This document shows, in pieces, positions 47,801 to 62,361 of a stretch of DNA of 64,000 nt. The position numbers were made by a program, and so were the translations under genes. Under the pieces are notes generated by a model. That model did no database searches and had not been told where the DNA came from. It saw only the letters and a list, made by a program, of their open reading frames with translations. Numbering within the stretch: the first letter of the stretch is position 1; every line of letters begins with the position of its first letter. Origin of the DNA: Phaeosaccion multiseriatum (lineage: Eukaryota; Protista; Ochrophyta, other classes); the NCBI GenBank assembly GCA_965112735.1, contig OZ218951.1, forward strand, positions 3,472,001 to 3,536,000, read 5' to 3'.

Positions 47801-48206
47801 GGGGAATCAGCGCTGACCTAAAGCGCGACCCGACCTGGCTAGCCGCTCGCAGCCGGGGCTAAGACGAATGCGCGGCCCGGGGGCACTCGCTGCTGCCACT
47901 GCTGATGCTCTTCTGCCCGCCGTGCTGGCTTGCTCCCCCTCCTATTATTTTTTAAACCTCCCCGGGATTTGTGGAGGGCTCAATATGATTACGTAAGGTT
48001 TAGATACCACATTATTGCTCCTCCTGCCTCGCCCTCCTGCCTCGCCTCCCCCCTATTCACCTTCCTCTTGCTCTCCTCCACTCTCCCTTCTCCCACTTCT
48101 TGGCAACTCCAACCCTCTTCTCCCCTCCTCCTCCTCCCTGCCGAGGGCGCAGCCCGAAGCACCACCCTTACCACCCTTTCCTCTCCTGAGGAACCTCCGT
48201 AGGGCT

Positions 48207-50790
48207 ATGAGCTCCACTCTGCTGGAGCGGGCGCGGGCCTTTCACGAGGACGTCGAGACTTGCGAGGAGGCTATTATCGGACAACTGGAAGAGAAGCCCA
48301 GGACCAACAAGGGGAGAGTAATGCAGCAGCACTGCATGAGTAACTTGCTGGACCAGGTCACGCAACGAGGGGAAGAGCTGACCAAAATCTATACGGACGA
48401 GGACTTCAAGCAGGAGGTGTCGCAGATGCGGGGCAAGGACGCGTTCAAGTCGTTTTACGAGAAGGTGAAGGATACCTGGTCGTATCACACGCGGTACCCG
48501 AACATGCCCGTGGTGCACCAGCCGGACTGGGAGGAGGAGATGCAGCCCAAGGTCACCTTCAGCGGAGAGGAGCTGTACGGTGCGTTGGTCGGCCTTGTCC
48601 CTCTCCTTGCTGCTTGGACAACAACTTGGCCTCCACGATGCACAAGCCCTCCTCACGTCCTCCTCTTCTCCACCTGCTCTGCTCTGCTCTCTCCCTCCTC
48701 TCTCTTGTTTCTACAGGCAAGTTCTTTGACCTTCATGACATGTACCGACGCTTTGTCAACCTCCCGCAAGTGCGCAAGCAGGACAAAAACGGCATGCCCC
48801 ACTTGGACTATGGGGCTTATCTGGAGCGGTTAGGGAAGTTCTCAGACCTTCCGGAGAAGGAAAAGATGAACGGTTAGTCCCCCGAAAGACGATTGATTGC
48901 ATATTGTCCTTCTTCGTCTACTTGTGTGTGTCTCCCCACCCCCCCGTCTCTCCCTGCTCTCTTACTCGCTCAGCCCCCCTTTCTCCTCCTCCTCCTACTG
49001 CTCCTACCCTTGTGTCCCGACGCCCCTCCCTCCGTAGGTAAAGCGTTCTTCAGGTACCTCAAGGACCTCGAGAGCTATCTGCAGGACTTCTTGCTGAGAA
49101 CGCAGCCCCTCGTGGAGGTGGGCGAGCTGCTTAAGGACTCCACTGCAGACTTCGAGAAGGCTTGGGCAGCGGGCAAGGTAAGATATCAGTGGGTTGTTTG
49201 TTGACTTTGTTGCTTCTTTACATTGTCGGGTAGGGACGGAAAACATAGTAATAGTAGGGACCCCTTCGCCTTGCCCAGTGGGGCCGGGAGCAGCCCCCCT
49301 CCATGCCTGCGCTGACACTCTGCAGCAGCGGCAGATTCGATTAGACTGGTGTGTGCCTGGAGCCGCTTGAGGCATCTCTTTTAAGCCCTCGGAAAATGAG
49401 CTAAGCTCACCTGGTCAAAATAGGCTGTGCGAGTAATCGTTAACGCTATGCTGCTGCCGCTGCTGCTGCTGCTGCTGATCGCCACCGTCCTTTTTTCACG
49501 TCCCAATCCCCTTCCACTCCACCGTTCTGCCCTCTGCTCTGCTCCTGTTACAGGTGGCAGGGTGGGCGGGCCCAACCTCTGCGGCAGGGGCAGCAGGGGC
49601 GACAGGGGCAGCAGGGGCGGCAGCAGGAGCTGGCGGCTCACGGACAGTGGACTTGTCAAAGTACCATTCGGCCGAGGACCTGGAGGCACTGGGGATGAAT
49701 CGCTTGAAGGAAGGGCTCACAGCATTGGGCCTCAAGGCGGGGGGTACGCTACAGCAGAGGGCGGCACGACTGTTTTCTGTCAAGGGAAAAAGTGGGGCAG
49801 ACATTGACGAGAAGCTCAAGGCCAAGGTAAGGGGAGGGGAGGAGGAGGAGGAGGAGGAGGAGGGGGAGGAGGAGGAGGGTGTTTGCGGAGAGGAGGAGTT
49901 GAGCAGAGGCGAGCGTGGCTTCAAGGTTTGGGCTGAAGGGGGGAGAAGGAAGGCATGCACCAGCGTGTCTGGAGGACTGCAAGAAGCAAGGCCAGCGCAG
50001 AGGCCAGCGCAGAGGCCAGAGCATCAAGTCTGACCGACAGACCGACCTGCCAACCCCTTTGTTGTCTGTCTTGTCTCTTTCGCTTTTCCGCTAAATGTAT
50101 CAGGTGAGCAAAAAGCGGAAAAGGCCGGATGCTCAGACAAATGGGGCACACGACGCTAATGGACAGGCCAATGGCACCGCCAATGGCACCGCCGACGGGA
50201 CAGAAGATGGAACAGCAGCCGGAGCAGTAGCAGCACCAGCAGCAGCGGGGGAGGAAGGGGAGGAGGGGCAAATGGCAGCAGATGTCGACCCGCGCAAGGC
50301 CACTGCGGCAGCAGAGGCGAAGGTGTCGACGCTGCTCGAGGTGCTCACAGAAGTGCAGGACGCGTCTGTGCGGCAGGTGGAGAAGAAGCTCACGCGCACT
50401 GTCGAGGTGAGTGTCTCTGTGTCTGTATATCACCAACTGCTGTATCGTATCGCCAACTGCTGCTGATCGCTGCTCTGTGGGTGGGGCCTCGCATCACGGT
50501 GCCAGCCTGTCTGTCCCTGCCTGCCTACCTGCCTGCCTGCCTGCCTGCCTGTCTGTCTGTCTGTCCAGTCTCTCTCTACTTGTGTATGCGCACGCGCGCG
50601 TCTTCGAACCATTCAACTCCACCCCTTTTTCGGCAGATAACGTGCTGCTTTTCGAAATCCCTCCCTCTCGTCGTTGTTCTCCTGGTATCTCCTCCACTCT
50701 GCCCCGCACCCCTTCGCTGCCGCTCACGCACCCACGCTGGCCCTGTGCTGTGCCGATCTCTTGACTTGGTTGACCCCCGGCTCTGCCTGA

Positions 50791-50821
<31 letters not shown>

Positions 50822-51655
50822 GGCTTCTCTGCTGTGTCTGTCCGTTCTTCTGTCCACATACCCCATACCCCATACTGTGCCCTATACCCTATACCCCATA
50901 CACCTATACCCCATCTCTGTGCCGTTCGTCCTTCCGTCCGACTCTCAGGAGCGCAACCAGGAGATGCAGGAGGAGGAAGAGGGTGGAGGGGTGCAGGAGG
51001 CGCAGGAGGAGGACGAGGAGGACTCGGAGGACGAGGGACCCATCTACAACCCGCTCAATCTGCCGCTGGGCTGGGACGGCAAGCCCATCCCGTACTGGCT
51101 CTACAAGTTGCATGGGTTGGGTGTCAAGTATGAGTGCGAGATTTGTGGAGACGCAACGTACTGGGGGAGGCGAGCCTTTGACAGGTGAGCGAAGGAGGGT
51201 ATGGAGGGGGGTAGGAGGGAGTGAGGGACGGAGTTAAGTGAGGAAGTGAATGGGTGAGTGAATGAGGGGGTGAGCGGGTGAGTGAGTGAGGGAATGATGG
51301 AGGGAGGGAGTGAGTGATGGAGGGAGGGAGGGAGGGAGGGAGGGAGGGAGTAAGTAGTGGTGGGATGAGTCAGGGATGTAAGGGAAAGTGAGTGAGGGTG
51401 TGAAGGCATGAGTGAGTGAGTGAGTGAGTGAGAGAGTGGTAAAATTGTGAAGAGCTCGTGTCGGGCGTCCGTATTAAAGTGTGGATGGGAGAGGGGGATG
51501 GATTGATTGTATTGCACCGCAACAAACGCTTCGAGAGAGATTTTGTGGTAGGGTGGAGCAGCAGCAGTGACCATTTTGGAAAGTCCGCTCACTCATTGAC
51601 CTCTCGTGAATGTGCTCTGCTCTCCCCTTGCTGGCTTGTGCGTGCGTGTGCATTA

Positions 51656-51695
<40 letters not shown>

Positions 51696-51949
51696 ACCAC
51701 CACCACGACAAAAGACATTTCCAAGAGTGGCGGCACGCGGACGGCATGCGCAAACTGGGCATCCCCAACACGAAGCACTTTCACGACATTACGAAGATTG
51801 CCGACGCGCAAGACCTCTACCGCCGCATCAAGGGGCAGGTGGACAGAGAGGCGTGGAATGCCGCAGAGGAGGAGGAGTATGAGGATACGGAGGGGAACGT
51901 GGTCAAGAGGAGGACGTACGAGGACCTGGCCAGGCAGGGGTTGCTGTGA
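48207..51949 (+). CDS. SF3A3: Splicing factor 3A subunit 3 (Prp9/SF3a60)
   Basis: [17 protein letters not shown]; FSGEELYG|KFFDLH; [12 protein letters not shown]; [32 protein letters not shown]; [45 protein letters not shown]|HFQEWRH; [21 protein letters not shown]. Seven exons. Confidence 0.96.
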
Positions 51950-52344
51950 TTGGATGTCCCTGTCAAGCAGACATGTCCAGCAAGGCAGGGCTTGCTGTGA
52001 GAGAGTGAGTGAGTGAGTGAGACAAGGGGCGATATCGTACCACCCAATACCTCACCATGCATACGATCGTAGTAACATAACACTGTATAGGTGTACGGGT
52101 AGGGTAGTGTAGGCAAGAGACAGCTACACGTAGCTTCAGCGTAAAAGCTTCAATTCATTTGACCAGGTCAACCCCCCCAACTCCCCCTGCCTTGCCGCCT
52201 ACCAATAGTGCGATGCGACCCTGTACCGTACGGTCAACCATGGCCACTCCCCTGCGGCCGAGGGAAATCTCTCTGACCACCGCTCTTCGAGCCGAGGCGC
52301 TCCCCCGACGTGTCTATGTACACACTCTTACATTTCTTACAAGT

Positions 52345-54667
52345 TCAGCCGCGCAGCTGCTGCTGCTCCTCCTCCTCCTCCTTCTGCTGCTGCAGCTGCT
52401 GTTCTTCCTCCTCCTCCTCCTGCTCCTCCTCCTCCTCCTGCTGCTGCTGCTCCTCCTGTATCACCAACTGCTGCTGCTGCTGCTGCTGCTGCTCGGCGTC
52501 CTGCACGTGTTGAAGGATGGTGTGCACCATAGCCAGCAAGGTGCGCAGTCCCCGACCCGAAGGGGTGCCCTCCCGACCGGCTGGGGAGGAGCCGAGGAGC
52601 CCTCCCCCTCCCGCCACCACCCGCGAGGCAGAGAGCAACACGTTTTGAGTGGAGCGCAGGGAGGGCACCACAGGCTTCAAGGGAGGGCCTTGCGTAAACA
52701 ACAGCAATGAGGCGTGCTCCTCCTCCTCTGCCCCGGCACCTCTTACAGACCCCCCCCCCTTTCCCCTTCCCTTCTCCCTCCCCCCCTCCCCCTCCCGCTC
52801 CCGCTCCTCCTTGCCCAAGTTGACCATGGAGGGTTCCTCTTGACGCATGACTCTCTCGCACGCCGTGGCATCGAGGTGGGCCATGATGGCTCTTCCCGTG
52901 CTTGTCTGATTGGCCAGCAAGTCCCTCAACGCCTGTCCCAACCTCCAGCTCATGATACGCCCCACCTCCACCCCGAGCCGCTCTTTACTCCCCACGCCAG
53001 CATTGACCATGACCCCTTCCGCCTCGAGGTCGTGCCCCCTGAGTAGTAGTGCTCGGCAGTGCGCCAGGCGGATGTCAATGTCAAGTCCAATGTCAAGCGT
53101 CTCCCATGCCACCTTGCCCCTCTCCCCCTCCTCTTTGTCCTCCTCGTCCTGCTCCTGCTGCTGCCTACCCTCGTTGCGCATCAGTTCGAGCTGTTGAGCG
53201 AGCGAGTACACTGTCCGCGCTGGCTTGGTGCCCAGAAGGAGCAGGGCTTGGTACAGGAACTGCTTTCGTCGCGCTTGCAGGGAGGAGGGACTGCTACTTC
53301 TACTGCTTTTCTGAGAAGAGGCAGCAGCAGTTGGTGATACAGGCACACCCCGCAGCGAGTCATTGAGGAAGAGGTGCTGGCCTTGACCAGGAAAGAGGAG
53401 GAGCACGCTGCTGGGCCGAAGGGAGCACGCCACGCACACACGCAGCGCCTCGATCACGGTGCTGTGCTCCTCCACCGCGGCAAGGGACGGGGCTTTGGCC
53501 TGCATGAGGTTAACAGACGAGGATGGAAGCTTCAATTTCAGTCAATTGATTGATTGACCCGAGGCATCGAATCATCGATAACACGCGCTCTCAGAGGAAG
53601 GGAAAGCGCGCTGAGAGGAGAGACGTTCGTGTCGCGTGCATACCTCCGACTCAGACAGACCTTTACGCCTACGCCTACACCTGCACACTCCCTTCGCCCT
53701 CCCCCACAAGCCCACAAGACACATACACATAACCACTCCCCAAGGAGGAAGCACGAAGGAGGGAGCCTCCTCTTCTCCTCTCCTTCCCTCCCCTCTCTTC
53801 CACTCTCCGCGTCACCCAAACCCACCCGCCCACCCCTCCACCCCCCCCCCCACCACGTCCACCCACCCATCCACCCATCCATCCACCCACCCACCTGACT
53901 GTCGAGCAAGCTCTGTGATATCCAGCTGTCTTGGATCGCAGGCCAGATGGGGGTTTCGGAAGCCGCCGGTCGCAGATTCAAAATCTGGGACAGGGAGAAG
54001 AAGTGCTGCATCGGAAACCCTCCCGCGTCACCCTCAAATGACGACGACGACGAGAGAGGAGAGGGGGAGCTGGTATTGGTATGGGCGGCGGCGGCGGAGG
54101 AGGAGGAGGAGGGAGGAGGGGGAGGAGGAGGCACGGCCATTGCAGCAGCCAGCTTCTGGATGTGCATGAGGAACTGAAAGGCGACCGTCAGCATCGCTTC
54201 ATGAACGGCGTTGGCCTCCTCCGCGGTGCCCCCGCCCCCACCCTGGTCCCACTGGTCCTCGCCCTGGCTCTTGCCCTGCTGGACGGGGGAGTCACCAGCG
54301 GTGTGTCCGCCGTCAGCTGTGGCGTCGGCAGAGTCAGCAGAGTCCCACCACTTAATGAGGGGGACAGAGGGGGAGGAAGAAGGCGGGTTGGTGGTGGTAC
54401 GCAAGGAGGGACTGAGGGACTGAGCCTGGTAGAGAGTGATGAAAGAGAGAGAGAGAGAGAGAGAGCCCAAGAGCAGGGTATACTGCATGGCACTGCACTC
54501 ACGTGGTTGCGCAGAATGCCCGAGATGTAGGTCCTCAGGCCGCCATCCTCCCACAGGCGATAAGCGAGGCACGCCGCCAGCAGATCGCTCTCCGCAGCCA
54601 CGCAGGACAGGTGCTCCACAGCCAGCGAGAGGGGCTGCAGAGAGGCGGCCGTGTTGCCAAGGAGCAA

Positions 54668-54700
<33 letters not shown>

Positions 54701-55769
54701 TCCTCTGTGCGTGCCAGCCCCTGTCGTGTCGGCATCATCGACCGAAGACGGAGGAAGAGCAAGTCTCCGCCAGGAGCGCATGAGCCAGCGGGCGCGGTGG
54801 CAGGCGAGGAGAATGGGCTGCCCGTGGGAGAGAAAGTACCACAGCATGGTGCGTCTCGGTAAGGGCAACGCTGCTGCATCACCAACTGCTCCTGCTGCTG
54901 CGACTCCAGCCCCCGCCTGCCCATATGCCTGCTGCTGTTGCTGCTGCTGTATCACCAACTGCTGGTGCTGCGCCACTGCATCGCTCTGGAACTCCCTCCA
55001 CCTCCCGTCCATGGCACGATCCGCCAAGTTTCTCCCCCCGGCTCCTTCTCCGGCTCCGACTCCTCCAGCACGCAGGGGGAGGGAAGAAGCCCTTAAACTC
55101 AAACTCACCCTTCCACTCAGATCCAATGCCCTGGCGGCCTCCTCCATCTCCGCCTTCTCCAAACGCGCGCACGACGCGGTGGAGAGGTCCGGGTAGGACA
55201 CGAGTTGATCCTTAGCAATGAGTGAGAAGAGAGACGCCCGCCCCTCCTCCAGATGCCGTACCACTAAAGTGCTCACCGCTGGCGACGCTGCTGCCCCACC
55301 CCCGGTGGAAGAAGAAGCAGAAGTGATTTGTTTAGCGCCAGGGCTGTCCCCTTGTCCTCCTCCTCCTCCTCCTGCTGCCCCCCCCCCATCTGCTTTTCGC
55401 CTCGCAAGGCGGTGGTCCACAAAGAGACAGACCCGGAGTTTGCGCATCAAGCGGAGCCACAGGGACTGCTGCTCCGCCAACAGAACTTGCCCGTAGCTGC
55501 GCTGCTCCAAGTGGGCGCTGATCTGTACTACAGCCTCTCCCACGACCACTGCCAGCAGAAAGGCATTCTCCAGTCGTGCGCTGCGCACACACGCGTGGTG
55601 AATGGGGTGCAGCACCTCCGTGATCCGAGAGGCCGCCTTCTCACTCTGCTGTGCCACCTCCACACCAGCTCCACTCCTACCCCCACCTCCTCCTACCCGT
55701 GCCTTGCGAAGAGCTCCTCCTTCCTGGCCCACCGCCTCCTCTCCCCCCTCTCCCCGCCTCCGCCCCTCC

Positions 55770-55817
<48 letters not shown>

Positions 55818-56509
55818 CCTGTGTAGCAGCTGTCCACCACCGTCAGAATCACACCCCGCAGCCATCTCAGGGGGACGCAGGACCGAGTGTCACGGAGCCC
55901 CGTCAGTGCGCAGGCAAGCCCCAGCGGTAGAGACAGGAACCAGTCCGCGAATGGTCCGATGAGCTGCTCCTGAGCCCGGCCATGCAGCCCGCTCATGGTC
56001 AGCACGTTCTCCAGCGTGCGCATGGCAAAGGCGTCTCCAGCCAGCATGGGGGTGAGCAGCCAGGACGTCACGAGTGCCCAGGCCTCTGCCTCGCCCTTGC
56101 CTCCCCCCTCCGGCTTGGCGTCGAGTGTGGCGAGCTCTGCAGCTGCTGCCCCCCCCCCCCCAGAAGAAGAAATGCCGCGAGAGTGAGAGCCGGTAGACAC
56201 AGGCATAGACACTTGTAGAACCATCTTGGCCACAGCAGCAAAGTAGGCAAACGAGCGCGGTACCTGAAGCACCGGAGCAGCTTCAGCTACAGCTACGGAG
56301 GAGGAAGAGGAGACGACTTTGCTGTCCACCTTCACCTTCACCTTCTCCTTCCTCCGCCCCAAGGGACCAGCAGCAGGCGACTCGGGCGAGCGCACCAGAC
56401 TTGCCCAGCCACACGCCTCCTCCACGAAGTCCACAAGCTTCCAGCCCCTCATACCCGCACCCACGAAGGGTGCCTCTACTGCAGCATTATCACCATCATC
56501 ATCATCATC

Positions 56510-56541
<32 letters not shown>

Positions 56542-59294
56542 CATCATCATCGTCGTCGTCGTCCCCTTTCCCTCCCCCCCCCCCCTGCTCTCCTCCTCCA
56601 AGTGCTTCTGAGTCGTCACACATGGCGTCACGCTCGTGGCCAATGCTGCTGCTCGAGCCCCCCCCCAAGACCGTGAGGCTCGAGAGCTCGCGGTGTAGAC
56701 GGAACAGAGCACACCTCCACCACAGATACTCGTGCTCGAGGCTCAACTCCGCCCCCTCCGCCGCCCCCTCCTCGTCGTCATTTGGGGGTGGAGTCTGTGT
56801 GTCTCGGAGCCGAGAGACGCAGTGTTCATGGGCGCAGTCGAGAAAATCCTTGCCCCACTGCACGAAGCCAAGCTCCCCCCCCCCCCCCACATAGGCAGTA
56901 GACTCCTCCTCCTCCCCCTCCTCTCCCTCCTCCTCATCCTCGTCCCTCCGTTGTTGTTGTTGTTGTTGTTGCTGGTGCTCACCATCAATGATCTCAAGTG
57001 CGTCTGCCAGGCTCTGCAGAGACGCGATGCTCGTGAGCAAGCGAAGCACCTCTTGCTCTTGCTCCTCCGTCGGACATTCGCCAGGGGCGACCTGTGCCAC
57101 GAGGAGCGAAACCTTTTGCACCACAAGCCTGTCCCTCTTCTCCTCCTGCTGCTGCCGCTTCTCCCCCCGCTCCTGCTCTCGCTGCGTCACCTCCTTCAAC
57201 CGCAGCCGCTGCCACTCGTCTTGATGTCTGAGAGCCGCTGCCCGCTCCTCCTGCACATCTTCAAGTCGCACGGTGAGCTGCTCAACGTGGATGCCTGCGA
57301 CGGCGGCGGCTGCTGCCTTGCCTTGTCCACCACTCGACTGCCCCTCCTCCTGCCCCTCCTCCCCCCCCTCCTCCTCCTCCTCCGTCCACATCATGTAGCA
57401 CTTGGCCAGGCTGTCCTGGAGCCTTTTGCCGTTCCTCTGTGGTCTCCTCGCGTGCCTTGTGTGAGGGTCGGACTGCGCGTCTCCATACATGGTCACGAGC
57501 GTGGAGCCGGGTGGGGCAGTCACCACGCGCACAGCTGGCCCGTGCCGCATCCTGTAGATTTCCGCGTAGTCCCTTTGCGGCATGAGAATAGCGAGAAAGA
57601 GCCCCACTCGGCTGTCTCCGTCCGCGAAGGAAGGGATGGGAGGCACCATTGACGAGCGAGTGGGCATGGACACACGCACGACCACTTTGCCCTCTGTAGC
57701 GCTGCTACTGCTGCCACCGCCGCCGCCACCGCCGCTACGGCTATCTCGAGTTGTCTCCACTGCCTCCAGCCAGCCACACTGCGCACCCCGCATTCCTTTC
57801 CACAGGCGAAGGATGACTCCGGTCTGTCCATCCAGCAACATGACCCTCCCAAAGTTGTCTACAGAGGCCACCAACTTGCCGGAAGGATCTGCCCACATCT
57901 TGTCCACCCTCCTACGCACATCCTGGAGTGCGTCAGAGAAGGACAGAGAGACTAACACGGTCTCCCTCATGTGTTCTTTCTCCGCACCACCGCCGCCGTC
58001 GTCAGCGTCCCCAGAGCTATCTTCGGAGGCCCCTCCTTCTCCTTTGGCTCCCACCACCTTGTTTTTGCTTCTGCCCTTGCCTTCTCTCCCGCCTCCTCTT
58101 GCTACGACACCGCCAAAAAAGTTGAAAGCGCCTCCTATGGCCCCCAGTGTGCCGAGTGTAGCGGACGTGAGCCTTCCGGCCACTGCCCAGGCAATGTTGC
58201 TGAGGCCGAAGCTCCTCACCGCACACGGCCCGACTTCATAGGCGCACACAAAGGGCTGGCTTCCTCCGACTAGTAGCATGAAATGATCCCGCATTTCATG
58301 GAGGGGCCTGGCATCAAACAGCTTGGTCTGATGGGGAGGGAGAGAGAGGATGCGGAGGAAGTAAGGGCAAAGAGGGAAGGAGAATCAAGGAAGATAAAGG
58401 GAAGCATGGGAACAGGGAGGGGTTCAAGCAAAGGAAGAGTTCAAAAATTACGTCGCCCACAATCCTACTGACCGGCTGGGGTACGAGTGCGACAGCGCTC
58501 GCCTGGCTCTGTCCCTGCAGGTGAATCTTTCGGTACGCGAGCTCAGGGAAGGGCCCACCAGCGAAGTCACCACCACCCCCCCCGCCACCGCCCACACTTT
58601 CCCCCTTGACCAGGGATTCTCGCGCAAAAGCAACCAGGGCGTGAAGGGGCAGGAGTACGACAGTGTGATCTTCGTATAGAACCAGCAAATGCTTGCTCAT
58701 GCTGTCGCTCCCCACGACACTTTCGGGGTAGAAGGACGACTCGTGCATATTGGCCAACAGATGCGAGCGATTGGGGTTGGAGAGGCGCGACATGGTCAGC
58801 GCCAGGACTTGTATCTGCCCATCCCCCTGGAAGCGGTGGCTCATGGCTAGCTTCCAGGGCTCGTAGTCATCGTCTTTCCGGCGGGAATAGACGGCAACAC
58901 ACCCGTTGGCCAATCCGCACACCAGCAAATCGTCCGCCAACCACGCCAACGAGTGGACGTTGCTCGAAGCACGCAGTCGCTCCACCTCTGAGCCCTTGCC
59001 CCCCACCACAATATCCGTTTCATTCTCCTCCTCCTCTTGCTCCTCTTGCTGCTGCTCCTCCTCCTCCCCGTCCAGGCCAGAGTCCTTCTGCTGCTTCAAG
59101 ACGCGGACGAGCGACCTGTCCTCCTTCCCCGAGAAGGCAACCTCCTCCTGGGAAGGCGATACCGCCAACACTGCGAATTGGAGGTCCCTCGGAAGGAAGG
59201 AGGCCTCCGCCCCGCTCTCGTGCATCGGAGAAGGCGGAGTAGCTTCGAGCTCCCTCGCCAATTGGGGGACGGGGGATGACCAACTGCCCCACAT
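52345..59294 (-). CDS. RAB3GAP2: Rab3 GTPase-activating protein non-catalytic subunit-like
   Basis: LQDVRRRVDKMWADPSGKLVASVDNFGRVMLLD..ILRLWKGMRGAQCGW and FLAILMPQRDYAEIYRMRHGPAV match the RAB3GAP2 N-terminal domain signature. Approximate exons: 59294-58473, 58328-54504, 54350-53896, 53529-52345. The C-terminal junctions are less certain. Confidence 0.8.
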
Positions 59295-59323
59295 TCCAAA
59301 GTTGCTACTTTTGCCTCACCACC

Positions 59324-60171
59324 ATGTCCCTAGGCTTGCTCTTGCTCCCTCTGCTGCTAGCTTCGATCCTTTTTGGATATGCCTTCGCCTTTCCAACACA
59401 CTTACACTACTCCAAACCTATCTTGCTCAAGCAGCAGCAGCAGCAGCAGCGAGGAGGAGGAGGTGTGGTTCGGTCTCCATTAACGTGCAAGTGGATCGAT
59501 GAATCGGTGAGAGCTTTCTTACATTCGTCTCCCTCCTCAACACCGCTGACGTCTTGCAAGGAGTGGCCTAGCACCAGGCGTCAAGAAGAAAAGTGCGGTC
59601 CTCATCTTCCTCTCTACTCTTGGTTCTCCAATGTCTTCCCGGGCCTAGGTAACCATCCACATCCCAGGCACAGCAGAAGCTGCCTATGCCCTGTACAGTA
59701 ATGCCGAAAACCACCCCATTTGGTCGCCTTGGCTGCGGGAAGTTGAGGTGAGCGCTGATGGTTGATATCCGCCAAACAAAAAGTAATGTAGCAACGCACT
59801 ACTCACATCGTTCGTTCCTCGTCCACTTTTTAATGCTCAGAGGCTTGAGAACCCCCAGGAGACTCGCTGGGTGCTGGCTTCTCGCGGCGTCCGAGTTAGC
59901 TGGATCGCTGAGTACACCGTCCAAGACCCTCCGCACAGGATGGGCTGGAAGAGTACAACAGGTAAGAGTCACAGACCTTAGCAGCAGAAGGTCGGCCTGG
60001 CCGGGAGTGAGGCAAGGTCGCAGTGACAGTAGTAGGGTGGTCAGGCTGCATGAGAGGGAGGCTCCATCCTGAGTGCTTGGCCTCTTTTCAGCCGCAGTTT
60101 GCGCTCGCTCCACCTCGTTTCTTTGTGTGGGTGTGTGTATGCTGTGTGTGTGTTGTGTGTGTGTGTCTCTC

Positions 60172-60202
<31 letters not shown>

Positions 60203-60932
60203 CCTTATTGGGACGCACGAATAGGGCAGAGAAGCGTAGGGCAAGGAAAGAAACCAGAGTGCTGGTGTTTGGCTGGGGGCAGATTTGAGTCAAGTACTGC
60301 GATGCGTCAACCCAAGCAGAGAGCGTTCTCAAGCTCTCATTCAGAAGGGCCCTCCCTGCATTGACATGTCGACTCTTCTAGTGGGGCTGCCATGCGAGCC
60401 TCTGCAGCAACAGAACAGAATCACATGCACCAGCTCTTTTCATCTCCCCATCACATCTGTATGTCTATCGATGTACGTATACCCCGCCAGGTCTACAGAA
60501 CGCGGGCTTGGTGTCCTTCCGGCAGCTGGAGGTGGAACCCTCGGTGGTAGCCATGACTCTGCGTGTATCGTATAATCTCCCTCGCGTGCTGCGGTCTATC
60601 ATGAAGCTCAAGGTGGTGGAGAAGATCGTAAGGAGGACTCTGTTGAGCAACCTTCAGCTCTTCTCAGTGGAGCTCACGGGGCAGGTACGGTAGATAGATA
60701 GGCCTTGCCCTCCTGCTCTTACCGCATGACATGGAGCGAAGCAGCTCTCCTTCCCTCCCCCTCCCAATCATCTACACAGGAGGGAAGCGTGCCAGAGGCG
60801 GCCACGCTTGAAGGCGACGACAGGTACACGGAGGAAGACGACGCTTTGCTCCACCCCGCCAGGAACAAGGCACGGACTCAAACAGACGAATCCGACGACG
60901 ACGACCATGCGGATGGCGTGGAAATGCTCTGA
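59324..60932 (+). CDS. Plastid-targeted START/SRPBCC (polyketide cyclase/dehydrase-like) protein
   Basis: Signal peptide ending AFA-F. The spliced product reads WIDES|VTIHIPG..AYALYSNAENHPIWSPWLREVE|RLENPQETRWVL..SWIAE..MGWKSTT|GLQNAGLVSF..MTLRVSYNLP..LLSNLQLF. Confidence 0.8.
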
Positions 60933-61052
60933 TTTTACTTGCAACCATCAGCATCATCATGTCTTGTCCAATAGAGAAAAATGGAGCACCCGAATAGACC
61001 CCCAATGTGATTTTTTGAACATCATCTTGTAGCTGCTGTGGTGTATACGAAA

Positions 61053-62322
61053 TCAAACCCATTCTCTTGGCGAGCGCAGCACGTCCAGCAGCTTGCTCTC
61101 TTCGGAGCCCTCCTTGACGGGGTGCATGGGGGCGTAGTGCCACTTGACGGCTGGAGGGGCACTCACCATCACGCTCTCCACGCGGCCTCCGTGCAAGCCG
61201 AACCTGACGCCTCGATCGTACATGAGGTTGAACTCTAGGTATCTACCCCGCCTTAGCAGCTGCCACTGTACCATCATACCGCGACGGAAACACAACAACA
61301 AATCATAAAGGAGCAGGGTGGAGGGGTGAGAGACAAGACGCCGCCAGCCACAGAAGCAAAAGAGAAGACACGTGTGTGTGTGTGTGTGCGTCACGCAGGA
61401 AAGAGGCTCTTACATTTCGCTGCTCCTCTGTATATGGCAAGGCTGACTTTCGCTCGGCGAGGGGGAGAATGGAGGGCATGAAAGAGCGGCCGACATTGCA
61501 AACAAAGTCGAATGGGTCCTCCCCTCCGATCTGAGGAGGGGGGGGTGGAGTAAAGAAGGCGAGAGAGGTCGGAAGAAGGCGCCAGGTCACAAGGTCAGCA
61601 GAGCAAGCAGGGCAGAATGGGCCCACCACACCACACACCCCATCAGGCGAGAACGAAACAAGTGTCAGAGAGTGTGTTCAATACACATCTATCACTTATT
61701 CTTCGAGGCCTGTCTATCTATAGAGAGCTCTTACTTGTTCGAGGTCGTCGAAGAATATGCCGCCGACCCCTCGGTGCTCTTTCCGGCAGGGGATGTAGAA
61801 GTAGTCGTCTGTGCCCTTCTTGAACGCAGGGTACGCCGCCAGGTCGTATTGGTCGCACACACTCTTGTACTTGTTGTGAAAGCCACTGATATCCTCCTTC
61901 GCAATGGATGGAGCACATAAACGCAGACATGCGTAGACATACGCAGACAGTGAGTGCCTCAAGGCCAGGTTGGTGCGGGGGAACAAGACAACACACACAC
62001 GAGACTGCTGCGCACCTACTCGCTCACCTCGTTCAAGTAGTAGGGAGTGAGGTCGGCACCACCCCCGTACCACCCCTTCCCGGCCACCTCAAAGTACCGG
62101 ATATCAGCTCTAAAAGTAGGAACGAGCGGACTTCTTGAGTGGAACACGAGCGAGAGTGCCGCAGCTGAGTATGCCTGCCCCCCTCCTTCGTCGATGCCAG
62201 CTCTACCACGACCGCTCATGGCCTTCGCCCTCTCCTCATTAAGAACTCCAGATATAATGGAGAGCGAGCACGCGGCCTTCTCGAAGACATCTGACGGAAG
62301 CAACGTAGGGCACGCGCGAGGG

Positions 62323-62361
<39 letters not shown>

